64,000 nt of DNA from a virus (lineage: Duplodnaviria > Caudoviricetes), in the IMG/VR virus record IMGVR_UViG_3300017821_000056, positions 64,211 to 128,210 of that record; one strand, given 5' to 3'. Shown piece after piece: positions 19,590 through 28,874 of the stretch. The notes beneath the pieces are model-generated. The model saw nothing but the letters and a program-made list of their open reading frames with translations. It had not been told where the DNA came from and did no database searches. Made by a program: the position numbers and the translations under genes. Position 1 is the stretch's first letter. Each line of letters begins with the position of its first letter.

Positions 19590-19982
19590 ATGCGCGTATT
19601 CGACTGTGTGATCCTCGCCCACTGGGGCGAGATGGGCCTGCTGGAGAAACGGTTCCGCGCCTGCGAGAGCAACCCCGATGTCACCCACGTGATCTGCGAG
19701 GCCCTGGCCGGCCCTGACGGGAACCCGAAACCGGCCGTCTTCACCGGCAGCGACCTGGCGGCCCGGTGGCACGGCAGGTGGAACCACGTCAAAGTGGAAG
19801 CCGGCGAGATAACCGGGCGGACCCGGGAGGAACGCGAGGACTGCCTCCGCGAGTACCTGCTGCACGGGTTCACCGGGGACCCGGATGATCTCGTCATGTT
19901 CAGCGACATCAGGGACATCCCCGCGATGCCCGGCGGCAGGCCGAGGAGCAGCATCACGAAGATGGCGGACCTGGCCTCCTGA
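19590..19982 (+). CDS. Truncated GT17-like glycosyltransferase domain
   Basis: VFDC...LLEKR...VICEA...GNPKP...DDLVMFSDIRDIP. Confidence 0.55.
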   Translation: MRVFDCVILAHWGEMGLLEKRFRACESNPDVTHVICEALAGPDGNPKPAVFTGSDLAARWHGRWNHVKVEAGEITGRTREEREDCLREYLLHGFTGDPDDLVMFSDIRDIPAMPGGRPRSSITKMADLAS

Positions 19983-20023
19983 CACGGAGGGGCGCGCGGC
20001 GGCGCGGTAAAGGGGGATCGCGT

Positions 20024-20278
20024 GTGCCGGATTCCGCCCTGCTGTCGATCCTGTCCTCGGCAGGCGTTGCGGGCGTGTTCTGCGTCCTTTTCATCGCCGG
20101 GTTCATCTTCCCCAAGTCCGTCCTCACCGATAAGAACGCCGAGATCTCCGAGCTCAAGGAGGCGCTGCAGGCCGAGCGGGAACGGGCCAACACCGCGGTC
20201 GCGGCGGCGTCGGCGACCAGGGACATCCTGGCCGCCATCCAGATCGGCCAGAACCTGAAGACCGGATCAGGCCCGTGA
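20024..20278 (+). CDS. Membrane protein with coiled coil (holin-like)
   Basis: One TM helix plus coiled coil; in the lysis region. Confidence 0.6.
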   Translation: MPDSALLSILSSAGVAGVFCVLFIAGFIFPKSVLTDKNAEISELKEALQAERERANTAVAAASATRDILAAIQIGQNLKTGSGP

Positions 20279-20499
20279 GGTGGCTCAGGAAGGCGGCAGC
20301 CGTGCTCCTCCCCTGGGCGTCCCGCCAGCAGCGGCAGGAGGCCATCAGCGATGCCCGCCGGGAGAAGGAGCGGTCCCGGTCCAGTGCCGCCCGCGCGGCC
20401 ATGATCGAGCGGGACATCGAGCGGATGGCGTCGGTGAATCATTTCGCGGCGGCGATAGCGGAGACGATCACGCAGCGGCATCACCGGGACGGGGGCTGA
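20275..20499 (+). CDS. Small lysis-cassette protein
   Basis: GTGA overlap; ends in NHFA...I. Confidence 0.6.
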   Translation: MRWLRKAAAVLLPWASRQQRQEAISDARREKERSRSSAARAAMIERDIERMASVNHFAAAIAETITQRHHRDGG

Positions 20500-20505
20500 T
20501 CTGCG

Positions 20506-20925
20506 GTGCTCAAGCAGGTGACGTGGCGGTCCTCGGTGCTGGTGCCCGGTGTCCTGTTCGCCGTCTACATCGTGCTCGGGCTGACCTGGACACCCCGCGG
20601 CAGCGCCCTGGAATGGATCTTCAAGGCCGGCACGCTCGGGGCATCGTTCGCCCCGCTGTTGCTCGCAGGAATCTACACGGTCACCGGGAACGCCTGGTGG
20701 AGGACGGATGTAGGCGCGGCGCTGGTGCAGCTCGCCCTGAGCATCGTCATCATCGCCGGCCCGCTGGCCTGGGCCTCATGGCTGGATGGGGGGTCCATCA
20801 CCGGGGGCATGGTGGCCTGGATGGAGATAGCCGGGCCGGTGCTGGTGACCCTGGCGATCCTGCGGCTGTGCTACGTCTTCATGCGCATCTACCGGGCCGG
20901 GGACGATCACGGCGAGGAGCCGTGA
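20506..20925 (+). CDS. Four-TM membrane protein (holin-like)
   Basis: Hydrophobic segments. Confidence 0.65.
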   Translation: MLKQVTWRSSVLVPGVLFAVYIVLGLTWTPRGSALEWIFKAGTLGASFAPLLLAGIYTVTGNAWWRTDVGAALVQLALSIVIIAGPLAWASWLDGGSITGGMVAWMEIAGPVLVTLAILRLCYVFMRIYRAGDDHGEEP

Positions 20926-21060
20926 CCCGGTGCCCCTCCTCCCCGCCGTCGCGGCCCTGACTACAGCCCTGGCCCTCGACATCACGGGGAGCGGGCTGAG
21001 CCGCCCGTTTCATGGCGGCCGGGCTGGTGCTCCTCCTCCTCGCCGCGGTCTTCCCCCGCC

Positions 21061-21258
21061 GTGAGCGCCCTCCGGGCCGACGTGTGGGCCGACCTGATCG
21101 CCTGGGCGGCGACGTCCGGGCCGGTGTTCGTCCTCCACCACCTGCTCCTGAAACGGCATGTGACCAGGATCACCAGGAGCCAGACCGGCCACATCGACCG
21201 GCTGACCGCCGAGCAGACGGCTGCCCTTACTCAGCAGCGAGAGGAAGGGATGCCGTGA
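21061..21258 (+). CDS. Small membrane protein
   Basis: GTG start; TGA overlaps next GTG. Confidence 0.5.
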   Translation: MSALRADVWADLIAWAATSGPVFVLHHLLLKRHVTRITRSQTGHIDRLTAEQTAALTQQREEGMP

Positions 21259-21776
21259 GCGAGCATCCGCACTTCGGCTTCACGAAGCACGGGCTGGCGG
21301 TCCATGCCCGCACCGCCGACCATCACCCGGCCGGGACCGCCTACCAGCGGCTGAACAAGAAGGTCGCGCTCGCCCTGACCGCCGGGGTCGGGACGATGAC
21401 CTGCTTCTGGCTGTTCTGCTGCCTGTCGCTGTGCTCGCTGCCGTCCGTGCTGTCAGCGTTCGCGCCGTTCGCTCACACGTTCCCCGCGTGGATGGTCAAG
21501 GCCAGCATCATCGCCCTGGTCGCGTGGATCGCCCAGACATTCTTCCAGCTTGTTTTGCTCCCGGCCCTGATGGTGGGCCAGAACTTGCAGAACGAGGCGG
21601 CTGACGCGCGGGCCGCCAAGACGTTCTAGGACGTAGAAAGCGTCAAGGCGGACCTGATCACGGCCCTGGACCGGCTGGACGTCACCACCGATGGGGGCCT
21701 GAAGGCCATCCTCGACGCGGTGAACGCGCTGGGCGCACGCTCCGCTAGCAGTTCACCAGGGCCGGGCTCTGGTTGA
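21255..21776 (+). pseudogene. DUF1003-like membrane protein with internal TAG (21627-21629)
   Basis: QTFFQLVLLPALMVGQNLQ...AAKTF*DVESVKAD... continues in frame to TGA 21774. Confidence 0.6.
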
Positions 21777-22131
21777 GGATCTGCGCCCGCGTGCTGGTGA
21801 ACTCGGCGTACTCCCCGTCCGCGTCCGGGTCGAAAACGGCCAGTGCGTGGCAGTTCTGGAACGCCAGCCAGACACCGAAATGCCGTCCCGCCGCCGCCCT
21901 CATCGCATCGCTGGCCACGAAGCGCAGGAGCTGGCCGCGGGCGTCCTCGTCCGGCGGGGCGATCTGATTCACCGCAGACGGTCCCCCGCTGGCCCGCAGC
22001 ACGTTAACCAGGCCGGTCACCACGCTCCAGGCATAGGGCAGCGATGAGGCAATGCAGGCGGTGAACGAGGCATCATCCACCTCGCCACGCTCGGCCTGCT
22101 CCAGCAGTCCGGGGGAAACGGTCAGCGACAT
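21745..22131 (-). CDS. SCO5389-family protein (host-type actinobacterial gene)
   Basis: MSL.VSP.LLEQAERGEVD...SLPYAW...PPDE.ARGQLLR...LAFQNCH...FTS.RAQILNQSP. Confidence 0.75.
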   Translation of the reverse strand: MSLTVSPGLLEQAERGEVDDASFTACIASSLPYAWSVVTGLVNVLRASGGPSAVNQIAPPDEDARGQLLRFVASDAMRAAAGRHFGVWLAFQNCHALAVFDPDADGEYAEFTSTRAQILNQSPALVNC

Positions 22132-22200
22132 GCCTGCGTCCTTTCTTCGGTGAGCTATACGAGAACGGTTCTCAATAAGCTAGCAGGGAGGCCGCGCGGG

Positions 22201-22953
22201 GTGGGCAACATCATCATGTTCGACGCAACGGACGTCGGCCAGATACCCGCCGGGCCCGCAGCGGTCGCCGGTTACGTCGATGGCCGGTGGGTAACAGCCC
22301 CGGTGCTGGCACACCGGTTCCCGCACGCCCGGCTCCTCACCATCGCCACCAGCCCCGCCCATGACGCGGACTGCCTGGACATCGAAGGCGGAGACGCGGC
22401 CCCCGCCGACGCGGCAGGCTGGTTCACCCGGCAGCGAGGAAGAGGAGCCGCCCGGCCCTGCCTTTATGCCTCGGTCGGGCTGATGCAGGCCGAGGTGATC
22501 CCCGTCCTGCAGGCGGCGTCGATCGAGAGGCCGCTCGTACGGCTGTGGACGGCTCACTATGCGGGGCTTCATGTCTGCGCGCACGACACGTGCGGGGAGC
22601 TGTCCATCCCTGCGGACGGAACCCAGTGGACCGACTTCGCGTTCGGCCGGCCCGTGGACCAGTCCCTTCTCCTCGCTGATTTCTTTGACACCCCGCCCGC
22701 CCCCAAGCCTGATCCGGTGCCCGCCTGGCAGGAGGCCATGATGCAAGCGCTCCCGGTAGTCCGGCCCGGTGACACGGGTGACGTGGTGAGGACAGTGCAG
22801 GGGCTGTGCGTCGCCCGAGGCCACCAGATCGCAGTCGACGGCGACTTCGGGAACGCCACACATGAGGCGGTCCTGGCGGTGCAGGCGGCGGCGCATATCG
22901 CCCAGGACGGCACTGTCGGGCCGGAGACCTGGCCGCCACTTGCCGGGGTCTAG
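22201..22953 (+). CDS. Endolysin: GH25/DUF1906-like muramidase plus peptidoglycan-binding domain
   Basis: AVAGYVDG, LDIEGGD, RPCLY, LWTAHY, TQWTD; VDGDFG..T...DG.VGPETW. Confidence 0.85.
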   Translation: MGNIIMFDATDVGQIPAGPAAVAGYVDGRWVTAPVLAHRFPHARLLTIATSPAHDADCLDIEGGDAAPADAAGWFTRQRGRGAARPCLYASVGLMQAEVIPVLQAASIERPLVRLWTAHYAGLHVCAHDTCGELSIPADGTQWTDFAFGRPVDQSLLLADFFDTPPAPKPDPVPAWQEAMMQALPVVRPGDTGDVVRTVQGLCVARGHQIAVDGDFGNATHEAVLAVQAAAHIAQDGTVGPETWPPLAGV

Positions 22954-22961
22954 AGCGTCCC

Positions 22962-23156
22962 GTGAAGTGGGGCGTGGCTGCGGTGTGCATTTACGAGGCG
23001 GCCTCGATCACGACCGGCAGGACACCGACGATCACCATGCTCTGCGCCCGCCACAGATGGCTTGCCCCGGCCGTGCTGGCGACGCTCGCTGTTCATCTGT
23101 ACCGGCAGCCGCGAATGCAGCGGCACAGCAAAAGCCCCCAGGAGGCGCGTGCATGA
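22962..23156 (+). CDS. Small membrane protein
   Basis: Two hydrophobic segments after the endolysin. Confidence 0.55.
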   Translation: MKWGVAAVCIYEAASITTGRTPTITMLCARHRWLAPAVLATLAVHLYRQPRMQRHSKSPQEARA

Positions 23157-24295
23157 TACTGGGATGGCAAGGTAACAGCCCCACTACTAACAGTGGCTAC
23201 GGCAAGATGACTGCCCTGTTCGTCCCCCGCATTGCCGCCCTCGGACATGAGTTCGCCTTCATATCCTCCCCGTACTCGTTCGGCGGATCCCCGATCGAGT
23301 GGAACGGCATCCCGATCCTGGGGACGGCCCGGGACATCGCCGGAAACGACACCATCCTGAGAAACCACGAGTACTTCAAGGCTGACCTCACGATTACCCT
23401 CGCGGACCCGTTCGGGCTGCTGAGATCCGCGAAGGAACTCGCCCAGATCAATCTGGCGTCCTGGTTCCCGGTGGACACGAGTCCCGTCGGCTACGGCGAC
23501 GTGACGTTCCTGCGCGAAAGCGGGACCATCCCCATCGCGATGTCCCTGTTCGGGAAGAATGCCCTTGAGAACGAGGGATGCGAGCCGCTGCTGGTCCCCC
23601 ACGGGTTCGACCCGGGCATCTACCATCCCGGCCCCCGCAGCTACCGGGACACGATCCCCGGCGTCACGGATGACACGTTCGTGATCGGGCTGTGCGCGAT
23701 GAACCGGGACCCGAACCGGAAGGGGTTCTTCGAGCAGTTCGCGGCGTTCTCCCGGCTCCACGCGAGGCACCCGGACAGCTTCCTGGCGGTGCACAGTTCC
23801 CCCGGCGGCGGCGGGAAGGGCCTGAACCTGCACGGGATGGCGTGCCAGCTGGGGATCTCGGCAGCCGTCGGCTTCCCCGACTCCTACAGCTACGACCTGG
23901 GGCTGATCACCGAGGAGCAGATGGCGGCCTGGTACAACGGGCTGGACGTCCTGTCCTTGTGTTCTTACGGCGAGGGTTTCGGTTTGCCGCTCATCGAAGC
24001 TCAGGCGTGCGGCGTCCCGGTGATCACCACCGACGCCGCGTCGATGACGGAACTGTGCGGGGCCGGGTTCCTCGTCTCGGGGACCCCGTTCTGGTCAGAT
24101 GGCCACACCTCCATGTGGACGCGGCCTGACATCTCCGACATCGACGCGGCATACGAGGCGGCGTGGAACGCATGGCAGCAGGGCGCGCTCCCGTGCAAGC
24201 CCGCGGCGGACTTCGCCGCGCAGTTCGCCGCGGACAAGGTGCTCGAGGACTTCTGGAAGCCTGCCCTGGCCGAATTGGAGGAACGGATCGGATGA
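23153..24295 (+). CDS. GT-B (family 4-like) glycosyltransferase, paralog of 7011
   Basis: NSGYG, VPHGFD, SYGEGFGLPLIEAQACGVPVI; GGAGG SD. Confidence 0.9.
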   Translation: MILGWQGNSPTTNSGYGKMTALFVPRIAALGHEFAFISSPYSFGGSPIEWNGIPILGTARDIAGNDTILRNHEYFKADLTITLADPFGLLRSAKELAQINLASWFPVDTSPVGYGDVTFLRESGTIPIAMSLFGKNALENEGCEPLLVPHGFDPGIYHPGPRSYRDTIPGVTDDTFVIGLCAMNRDPNRKGFFEQFAAFSRLHARHPDSFLAVHSSPGGGGKGLNLHGMACQLGISAAVGFPDSYSYDLGLITEEQMAAWYNGLDVLSLCSYGEGFGLPLIEAQACGVPVITTDAASMTELCGAGFLVSGTPFWSDGHTSMWTRPDISDIDAAYEAAWNAWQQGALPCKPAADFAAQFAADKVLEDFWKPALAELEERIG

Positions 24296-24570
24296 GCATC
24301 TGCCCCGGTTTCCGCCCGGTAATGGATGGCAAGCGGGTTGTCTACATGCCTGCTGGCGAAGTCAGTGAGCCGACGCCGGTCATGCAAGGCTGGTACCGGA
24401 CCATGCCGGTTCCTGACCAGATGCACTGCACCAACTGCAAGTATGAGTGGATCACGCTTGCCACCTGCCGACCCTGCCTTCCGGGATGCCCGTGCGCTCC
24501 GTTCCATGTGCCCGTGTACCCTGTCCCGCTCCCGGAGACGCTGGCGTCGCTCGAGGAAATGCTCGCCTGA
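24292..24570 (+). CDS. Cys-rich hypothetical protein
   Basis: Stop/start overlaps at both ends. Confidence 0.55.
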   Translation: MSICPGFRPVMDGKRVVYMPAGEVSEPTPVMQGWYRTMPVPDQMHCTNCKYEWITLATCRPCLPGCPCAPFHVPVYPVPLPETLASLEEMLA

Positions 24571-25181
24571 TGCCGCTCGCCCGCACTTACGACGCATCCA
24601 TCGGGAAAGTGGTCACGACCGTTCACGACGCGTTCGCCGACCGGCTCAGCCGCTGGAGTGACATCCAGGAGTATCTTCCGTTCCTGCACGAGACGGCAGC
24701 GTCATACCCGCAGGTCAGGGTCCTGGAACTGGGATCTCGGCGGGGTAATTCGACGCTCGCGTTCCTGGCTGCTGCCCTGACGGTACGCGGCTCCGTGGTC
24801 TCGGCGGACCTGGACCCGGTGGCTGATTATGACGAGGGGATGCGCCGCTGGCGGGACTGCCCCTGGTGGACGTTCGTCCAGGGCGACGACATGGACGAGG
24901 CGGTGCAGGCACGTCTCCCCGCACAGTGCGACGTCCTGTTCGTCGACACGTCGCACGAGTACGCGCACACCCTGGCCGAGCTCCGCGCCTACATGCCGAG
25001 GGTCGTCCCCGGCGGGGTCGCGCTGTTCCATGACACCAGGATCTTCGGCACCTGGTCAGAGCCGGGCGACACGATCCCCCCTGTCGCCAGGGCGCTGGAC
25101 GGCTGGTGCGCGGAGGCCGGCCTGTCTTGGGAGAACCTCCCGGGGGAATACGGCCTGGGTGTCGTGAGGGTGCCGGGATGA
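24570..25181 (+). CDS. Class I SAM methyltransferase (Methyltransf_24-like)
   Basis: VLELGSRRGNST, DVLFVDTSHEY, PGGVALFHDT. Confidence 0.85.
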   Translation: MPLARTYDASIGKVVTTVHDAFADRLSRWSDIQEYLPFLHETAASYPQVRVLELGSRRGNSTLAFLAAALTVRGSVVSADLDPVADYDEGMRRWRDCPWWTFVQGDDMDEAVQARLPAQCDVLFVDTSHEYAHTLAELRAYMPRVVPGGVALFHDTRIFGTWSEPGDTIPPVARALDGWCAEAGLSWENLPGEYGLGVVRVPG

Positions 25182-25428
25182 AACGCTGCAAGCAGTGCGA
25201 GGACGAGGCAAAGCAGGGGCCGTCCGGCCCGGTCAGGATGATCGAGGTTACCCGCCGTGACGCGAATAATGTCCCGGTCGAGTTCCGGGAATACGACCTT
25301 GACCCCGAGGCTGCGGGAGCTGATCGACAGCGGCGGCCTGGACTGGGACAACCCGCGGCATCGTGAGGCGTACCTGCGCGCATGGGCCGCAGGCTGCCTG
25401 CCCGCGGGCAAAGAAGAAGGAGACGGCG

Positions 25429-25644
25429 ATGGCCGAAGTCAATCAGACGAGCCAGCGGCAGTGTGACCGCTGCGGGGCGCAGTCGGATCCGGCACCGAAG
25501 GGGACCGCCCGGGAGGGGTGGCTGACGGGGCTCGGCCTGCACGCCCAGGGGGCGCCCGGAGTGCTCGACGACCTGTGCCCGGGATGCGCCGGGCTGCCCG
25601 TCGCGCAGGCCGTCGTGCCCGTGCCGGGGGAGCAGGCCGCCTGA
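25429..25644 (+). CDS. Small Zn-finger protein
   Basis: CDRC...DLCPGC; AAGGAG SD. Confidence 0.6.
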   Translation: MAEVNQTSQRQCDRCGAQSDPAPKGTAREGWLTGLGLHAQGAPGVLDDLCPGCAGLPVAQAVVPVPGEQAA

Positions 25645-25646
25645 CG

Positions 25647-26354
25647 ATGACCGGTGACCTGCTCGTCATCGTTCCCAGCCGGGGCAGGCCGGGAAGCATC
25701 GCGCGGATGCTGGATGCCGTCCGCGCCACCAGCCGCGCAGTAGCTCACCTGCATGTCGCGGTGGACGAGGACGACGAGGAACTGCCCCGGTACCGGGCGG
25801 TCATGGACAAGGCAGGCAGCGACGGGGACGTCCTGGAGACGGGCCCCCGCAAGGGCCTGTGCGCGTGGACCAACGAGGTGGCGGTCCGCCGTGCCGCCGA
25901 GTACCCGTACCTCGCCTCCTTCGGCGACGACCACGTGCCCCGGACCCCCGGCTGGGATCGGGCGCTGATCCGGGGGATTGAGCGGATGGGCGGCACCGGG
26001 TTCACCTACCCGTGGGACGGCACCCGGGAGGACATCCCCGAAGCCGTGGTCCTGTCCTCGGGCATCGTGCAGGCCCTCGGCTGGATGAGCCTTCCGGGCC
26101 TGGCCCACTTCTACCACGATGACGTCTGGGCCGACCTCGGCCGCGGCGCCGGGTGCCTGCGCCACCTGCGGGCTGTCGCCGTCGACCACCTCAACGTCGC
26201 GTCGGGCCAGGGGAGGCCGGACGCGACCGCCCGGGACAACGGCCGGTCCCTGGAAGCTGACCGTGACGTGTATTACGGCTGGCGCAGGGAGCGGATGGCC
26301 TCCGATATCGCCACGGTCGCCGCGCTGCGGGAGAAGGCGCTCCAGCCAGCCTGA
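25647..26354 (+). CDS. GT-A (family 2-like) glycosyltransferase
   Basis: VIVPSRGRP, GDDH.PRT.GWD, HFYHDD. Confidence 0.8.
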   Translation: MTGDLLVIVPSRGRPGSIARMLDAVRATSRAVAHLHVAVDEDDEELPRYRAVMDKAGSDGDVLETGPRKGLCAWTNEVAVRRAAEYPYLASFGDDHVPRTPGWDRALIRGIERMGGTGFTYPWDGTREDIPEAVVLSSGIVQALGWMSLPGLAHFYHDDVWADLGRGAGCLRHLRAVAVDHLNVASGQGRPDATARDNGRSLEADRDVYYGWRRERMASDIATVAALREKALQPA

Positions 26355-26445
26355 CTTTCCTTTCACCCTCTGATCCGGCCGCGTTACCCGCGTGCCGTCA
26401 ACCCGCAATCCGGTACGTGACCGGCTCAAGAAAGGTGTTCGAAAA

Positions 26446-26979
26446 ATGGCTTTGGCCAGGGTTTACAACGTGGATGCGAACAGCACCACCGGCATCACGA
26501 TCGGTAGCACTACGCCCGGTTCGGAGTTCCCGATCCTGTGGGGGAACACCACCTCCGAGTTCAACGTGTCCGCCATCCGGGTCGGCACATACTCGGGGTC
26601 CTCGGCAAGCTACCCGTCCAACGGGACGATCACGTGGCGGCTGCGCCGCGTCGGGCAGGCGGCCACGTTCAGCGCGGGCCTGCAGGGAGGCACCGGGACG
26701 GCATACCCGGTCGGGCAGTCCACCACCGCAGCCGTGTCCACCTGGTACTACTCCACGTGGACGAACGCCACCGGGACATTCTCGGTGATGACCGCCTCCC
26801 CGGTGTGGGAGCAGACCATCCCCTGCACCGCCGGCGCGAACTGGGGCGAATGGTTCACCCCCGGTTTCGAGATCAATGTCGGGCCGGGGATCGCGACGCT
26901 GGCGCTCACCTACGAGTACGGCGCGGCGGGCACCAGCTCCGCGGTGAACCTGATGGCCGGGCTGGTCATCAGCGAGTAG
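26446..26979 (+). CDS. Ser/Thr-rich virion protein
   Basis: AAAGG SD; beta-rich composition. Confidence 0.65.
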   Translation: MALARVYNVDANSTTGITIGSTTPGSEFPILWGNTTSEFNVSAIRVGTYSGSSASYPSNGTITWRLRRVGQAATFSAGLQGGTGTAYPVGQSTTAAVSTWYYSTWTNATGTFSVMTASPVWEQTIPCTAGANWGEWFTPGFEINVGPGIATLALTYEYGAAGTSSAVNLMAGLVISE

Positions 26980-27011
26980 CAGCCTGTTCTTGTCACTACC
27001 CGGGCGGAGCC

Positions 27012-27152
27012 ATGGTCACGGTCGATGTTGACGACACGACCATGGCTCCGCCCGGGACCCGGCAAGAAGATGACGCCGGGGATCCGGACAACACGGCGCA
27101 GCAGAACACGTCATGGCGGGACGCCGCCGTCTACCTGGGTGTGGGTGCTTGA
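27012..27152 (+). CDS. Small acidic protein
   Basis: GGAG SD; TGA abuts ATG27153. Confidence 0.45.
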   Translation: MVTVDVDDTTMAPPGTRQEDDAGDPDNTAQQNTSWRDAAVYLGVGA

Positions 27153-27794
27153 ATGACGGTTTACACGCTGTTCGGCCAGACGGGCGGCGGGTCGGCCAGC
27201 GGAGATAACGCCTCGTACACGCTGGGAGTGCAGTTCACCGTCTCATCGGTGGTCACTCTCACCGGTATCTGGTGGTACTCTGCGGCCACTCAGAATGTCC
27301 TGCCGGCTGCCTGCTGTATCTTCGCGGAGACGTCCCCTGGAAGCGGCTCAATCGTCTCCGGCACGCAGAATAACTCCCCGTCGTGGTCAGGGGCGGCGGG
27401 ATCGGGATGGGTCAGGTGCTCTTATTCCGCACCCGCCCTGTCTCCCGGGAACACATACAAGGCCTGCGTCCTGGGCTCGGGCGGCGGCACGCCCGGCTGG
27501 TATTCCGCGACGTCCCACTACTGGGACACCGGCTCAGGTTCGGGCGGCCTGGCCAGCGGGCCTCTCAGCGCCCCGGGCAACGCGGGCGGCGACGGCGGCC
27601 AGGATACATTCGTCACCCCGGCCGCAGCGCTGACCTACCCGGCCAGCTCGTTCAACGCGGCGAACTACTGGGTCGATGTTGAGGTCACCGCATCCGGCGT
27701 CACGCCTGCCGGGCCTGCTTATACCGCGCTCATGAGCGGCATGTTATGTCTGCCATCAACATTACCTACAGTAACTATTACCCGTCGCCGGTAA
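27153..27794 (+). CDS. DUF4082-like beta-sandwich protein; apparent natural end at 27743, before TTA
   Basis: YTLGVQFTV...GIWWY, YPASSFNAANYWVDVEV. Confidence 0.75.
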   Translation: MTVYTLFGQTGGGSASGDNASYTLGVQFTVSSVVTLTGIWWYSAATQNVLPAACCIFAETSPGSGSIVSGTQNNSPSWSGAAGSGWVRCSYSAPALSPGNTYKACVLGSGGGTPGWYSATSHYWDTGSGSGGLASGPLSAPGNAGGDGGQDTFVTPAAALTYPASSFNAANYWVDVEVTASGVTPAGPAYTALMSGMLCLPSTLPTVTITRRR

Positions 27795-28840
27795 GCGCGG
27801 ACCCGCAGCCGGCCGGCAACCCGTCAGGCGGCCCGTGGACGCTCGCCTTCAGGGACGAGTTCAGCGACCCGCTGGGTACGGGCCAGCCGGATTGGACGGT
27901 CTGGGCCGATCATTTCATCGACGGGGAAAACGACCGGGGCTACAACAACAGCAACGAGATCGAATGGTACGACCATTCGCACACCGGGGAGATCATCTCC
28001 GGCGGCATCCTGTCCCTCAAGGCGATCAACCGGGGCAGTGTCGCCGCGGTGCAGGCTATCGACCCGCAATGCCCTGATCCGCTGCCCAACGGGCAGCATG
28101 CCACGTACACCTCCGGGATGATCCAGTCGTTCCGCGCCTTCAACTTCACCTACGGCTACGTCGAATCCCGCATCCAGAACCCGAGCGGCGCGGTCACCGG
28201 CTGGTGGCCCGCGTTCTGGATGGTCACCTCCGACAACGCCTGGCCCCCTGAGATCGACATCGACGAGATGGACGTCCCGGGCGTCATCGACAACAACTAC
28301 ATCAACACCGCGGGCAGCTCGCAGACGTCCACCTACTCCGAGGACACGTCCTGGCACGTGTACGGGATGCGCCTGGACGCCTCCCATGTGACGTTCTTCC
28401 GTGACGGCGTGGAGACCTACCAGGCTAACTACGACGGCAACGCCTACCCGTGGTTCATCATCTTCAATGCCGCTGTCAACACCAGCGCAACCGGTGCCGG
28501 GTTCCCGTGCCAGTGGAACATCGATTACGTGCGGGCCTGGACGGTGCAGGGCGTCCCCGGCCAGCCGGTCATCACCTCCGTCACCCCGTCCACGGGCATC
28601 CCCACGGCAGGCACCCTGCAGGTCGCGTTCAGCACAGTCTCCGGCGCGGCGAACTACCGGGCCACCGCCGGCTGGGTGACCGGCTACCCCGGCAGCCATT
28701 CGTTCACCGCGTCCGGGACTGGCAGCCCGCTCACGATCAGCGGCCTGGTCAACGGCGATCAGTACATGGTCACCGTCGGCGCGTCAAATGCCACCGGGTG
28801 GGGTATCGAGTCGCTTCCCGTCCCGGTGCCGCCGGCTTAA
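27746..28840 (+). CDS. GH16 glycoside hydrolase plus FN3 domain
   Basis: WTLAFRDEF, YTSGMI, YGYVESRI, WPAFW, WPPEIDIDE, IDYVRAW; ISGLVNG..Y.V.V.A.N..G. Confidence 0.85.
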   Translation: MSAINITYSNYYPSPVSADPQPAGNPSGGPWTLAFRDEFSDPLGTGQPDWTVWADHFIDGENDRGYNNSNEIEWYDHSHTGEIISGGILSLKAINRGSVAAVQAIDPQCPDPLPNGQHATYTSGMIQSFRAFNFTYGYVESRIQNPSGAVTGWWPAFWMVTSDNAWPPEIDIDEMDVPGVIDNNYINTAGSSQTSTYSEDTSWHVYGMRLDASHVTFFRDGVETYQANYDGNAYPWFIIFNAAVNTSATGAGFPCQWNIDYVRAWTVQGVPGQPVITSVTPSTGIPTAGTLQVAFSTVSGAANYRATAGWVTGYPGSHSFTASGTGSPLTISGLVNGDQYMVTVGASNATGWGIESLPVPVPPA

Positions 28841-28874
28841 ACGGGGACCGGTGCCGTGAGGAAGGCGGGCTAGC

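Noticed and set aside
21627-21629. Genome-wide TAG reassignment
   Set aside because: Many genes end properly at TAG (4021, 19560, 22953, 26979).
22862-23152. Extended N-termini given by the ORF track (e.g. 22862, 3203, 8128, 24447, 25518, 57474)
   Set aside because: They overlap upstream genes; downstream starts with an SD or coupled stop fit better.
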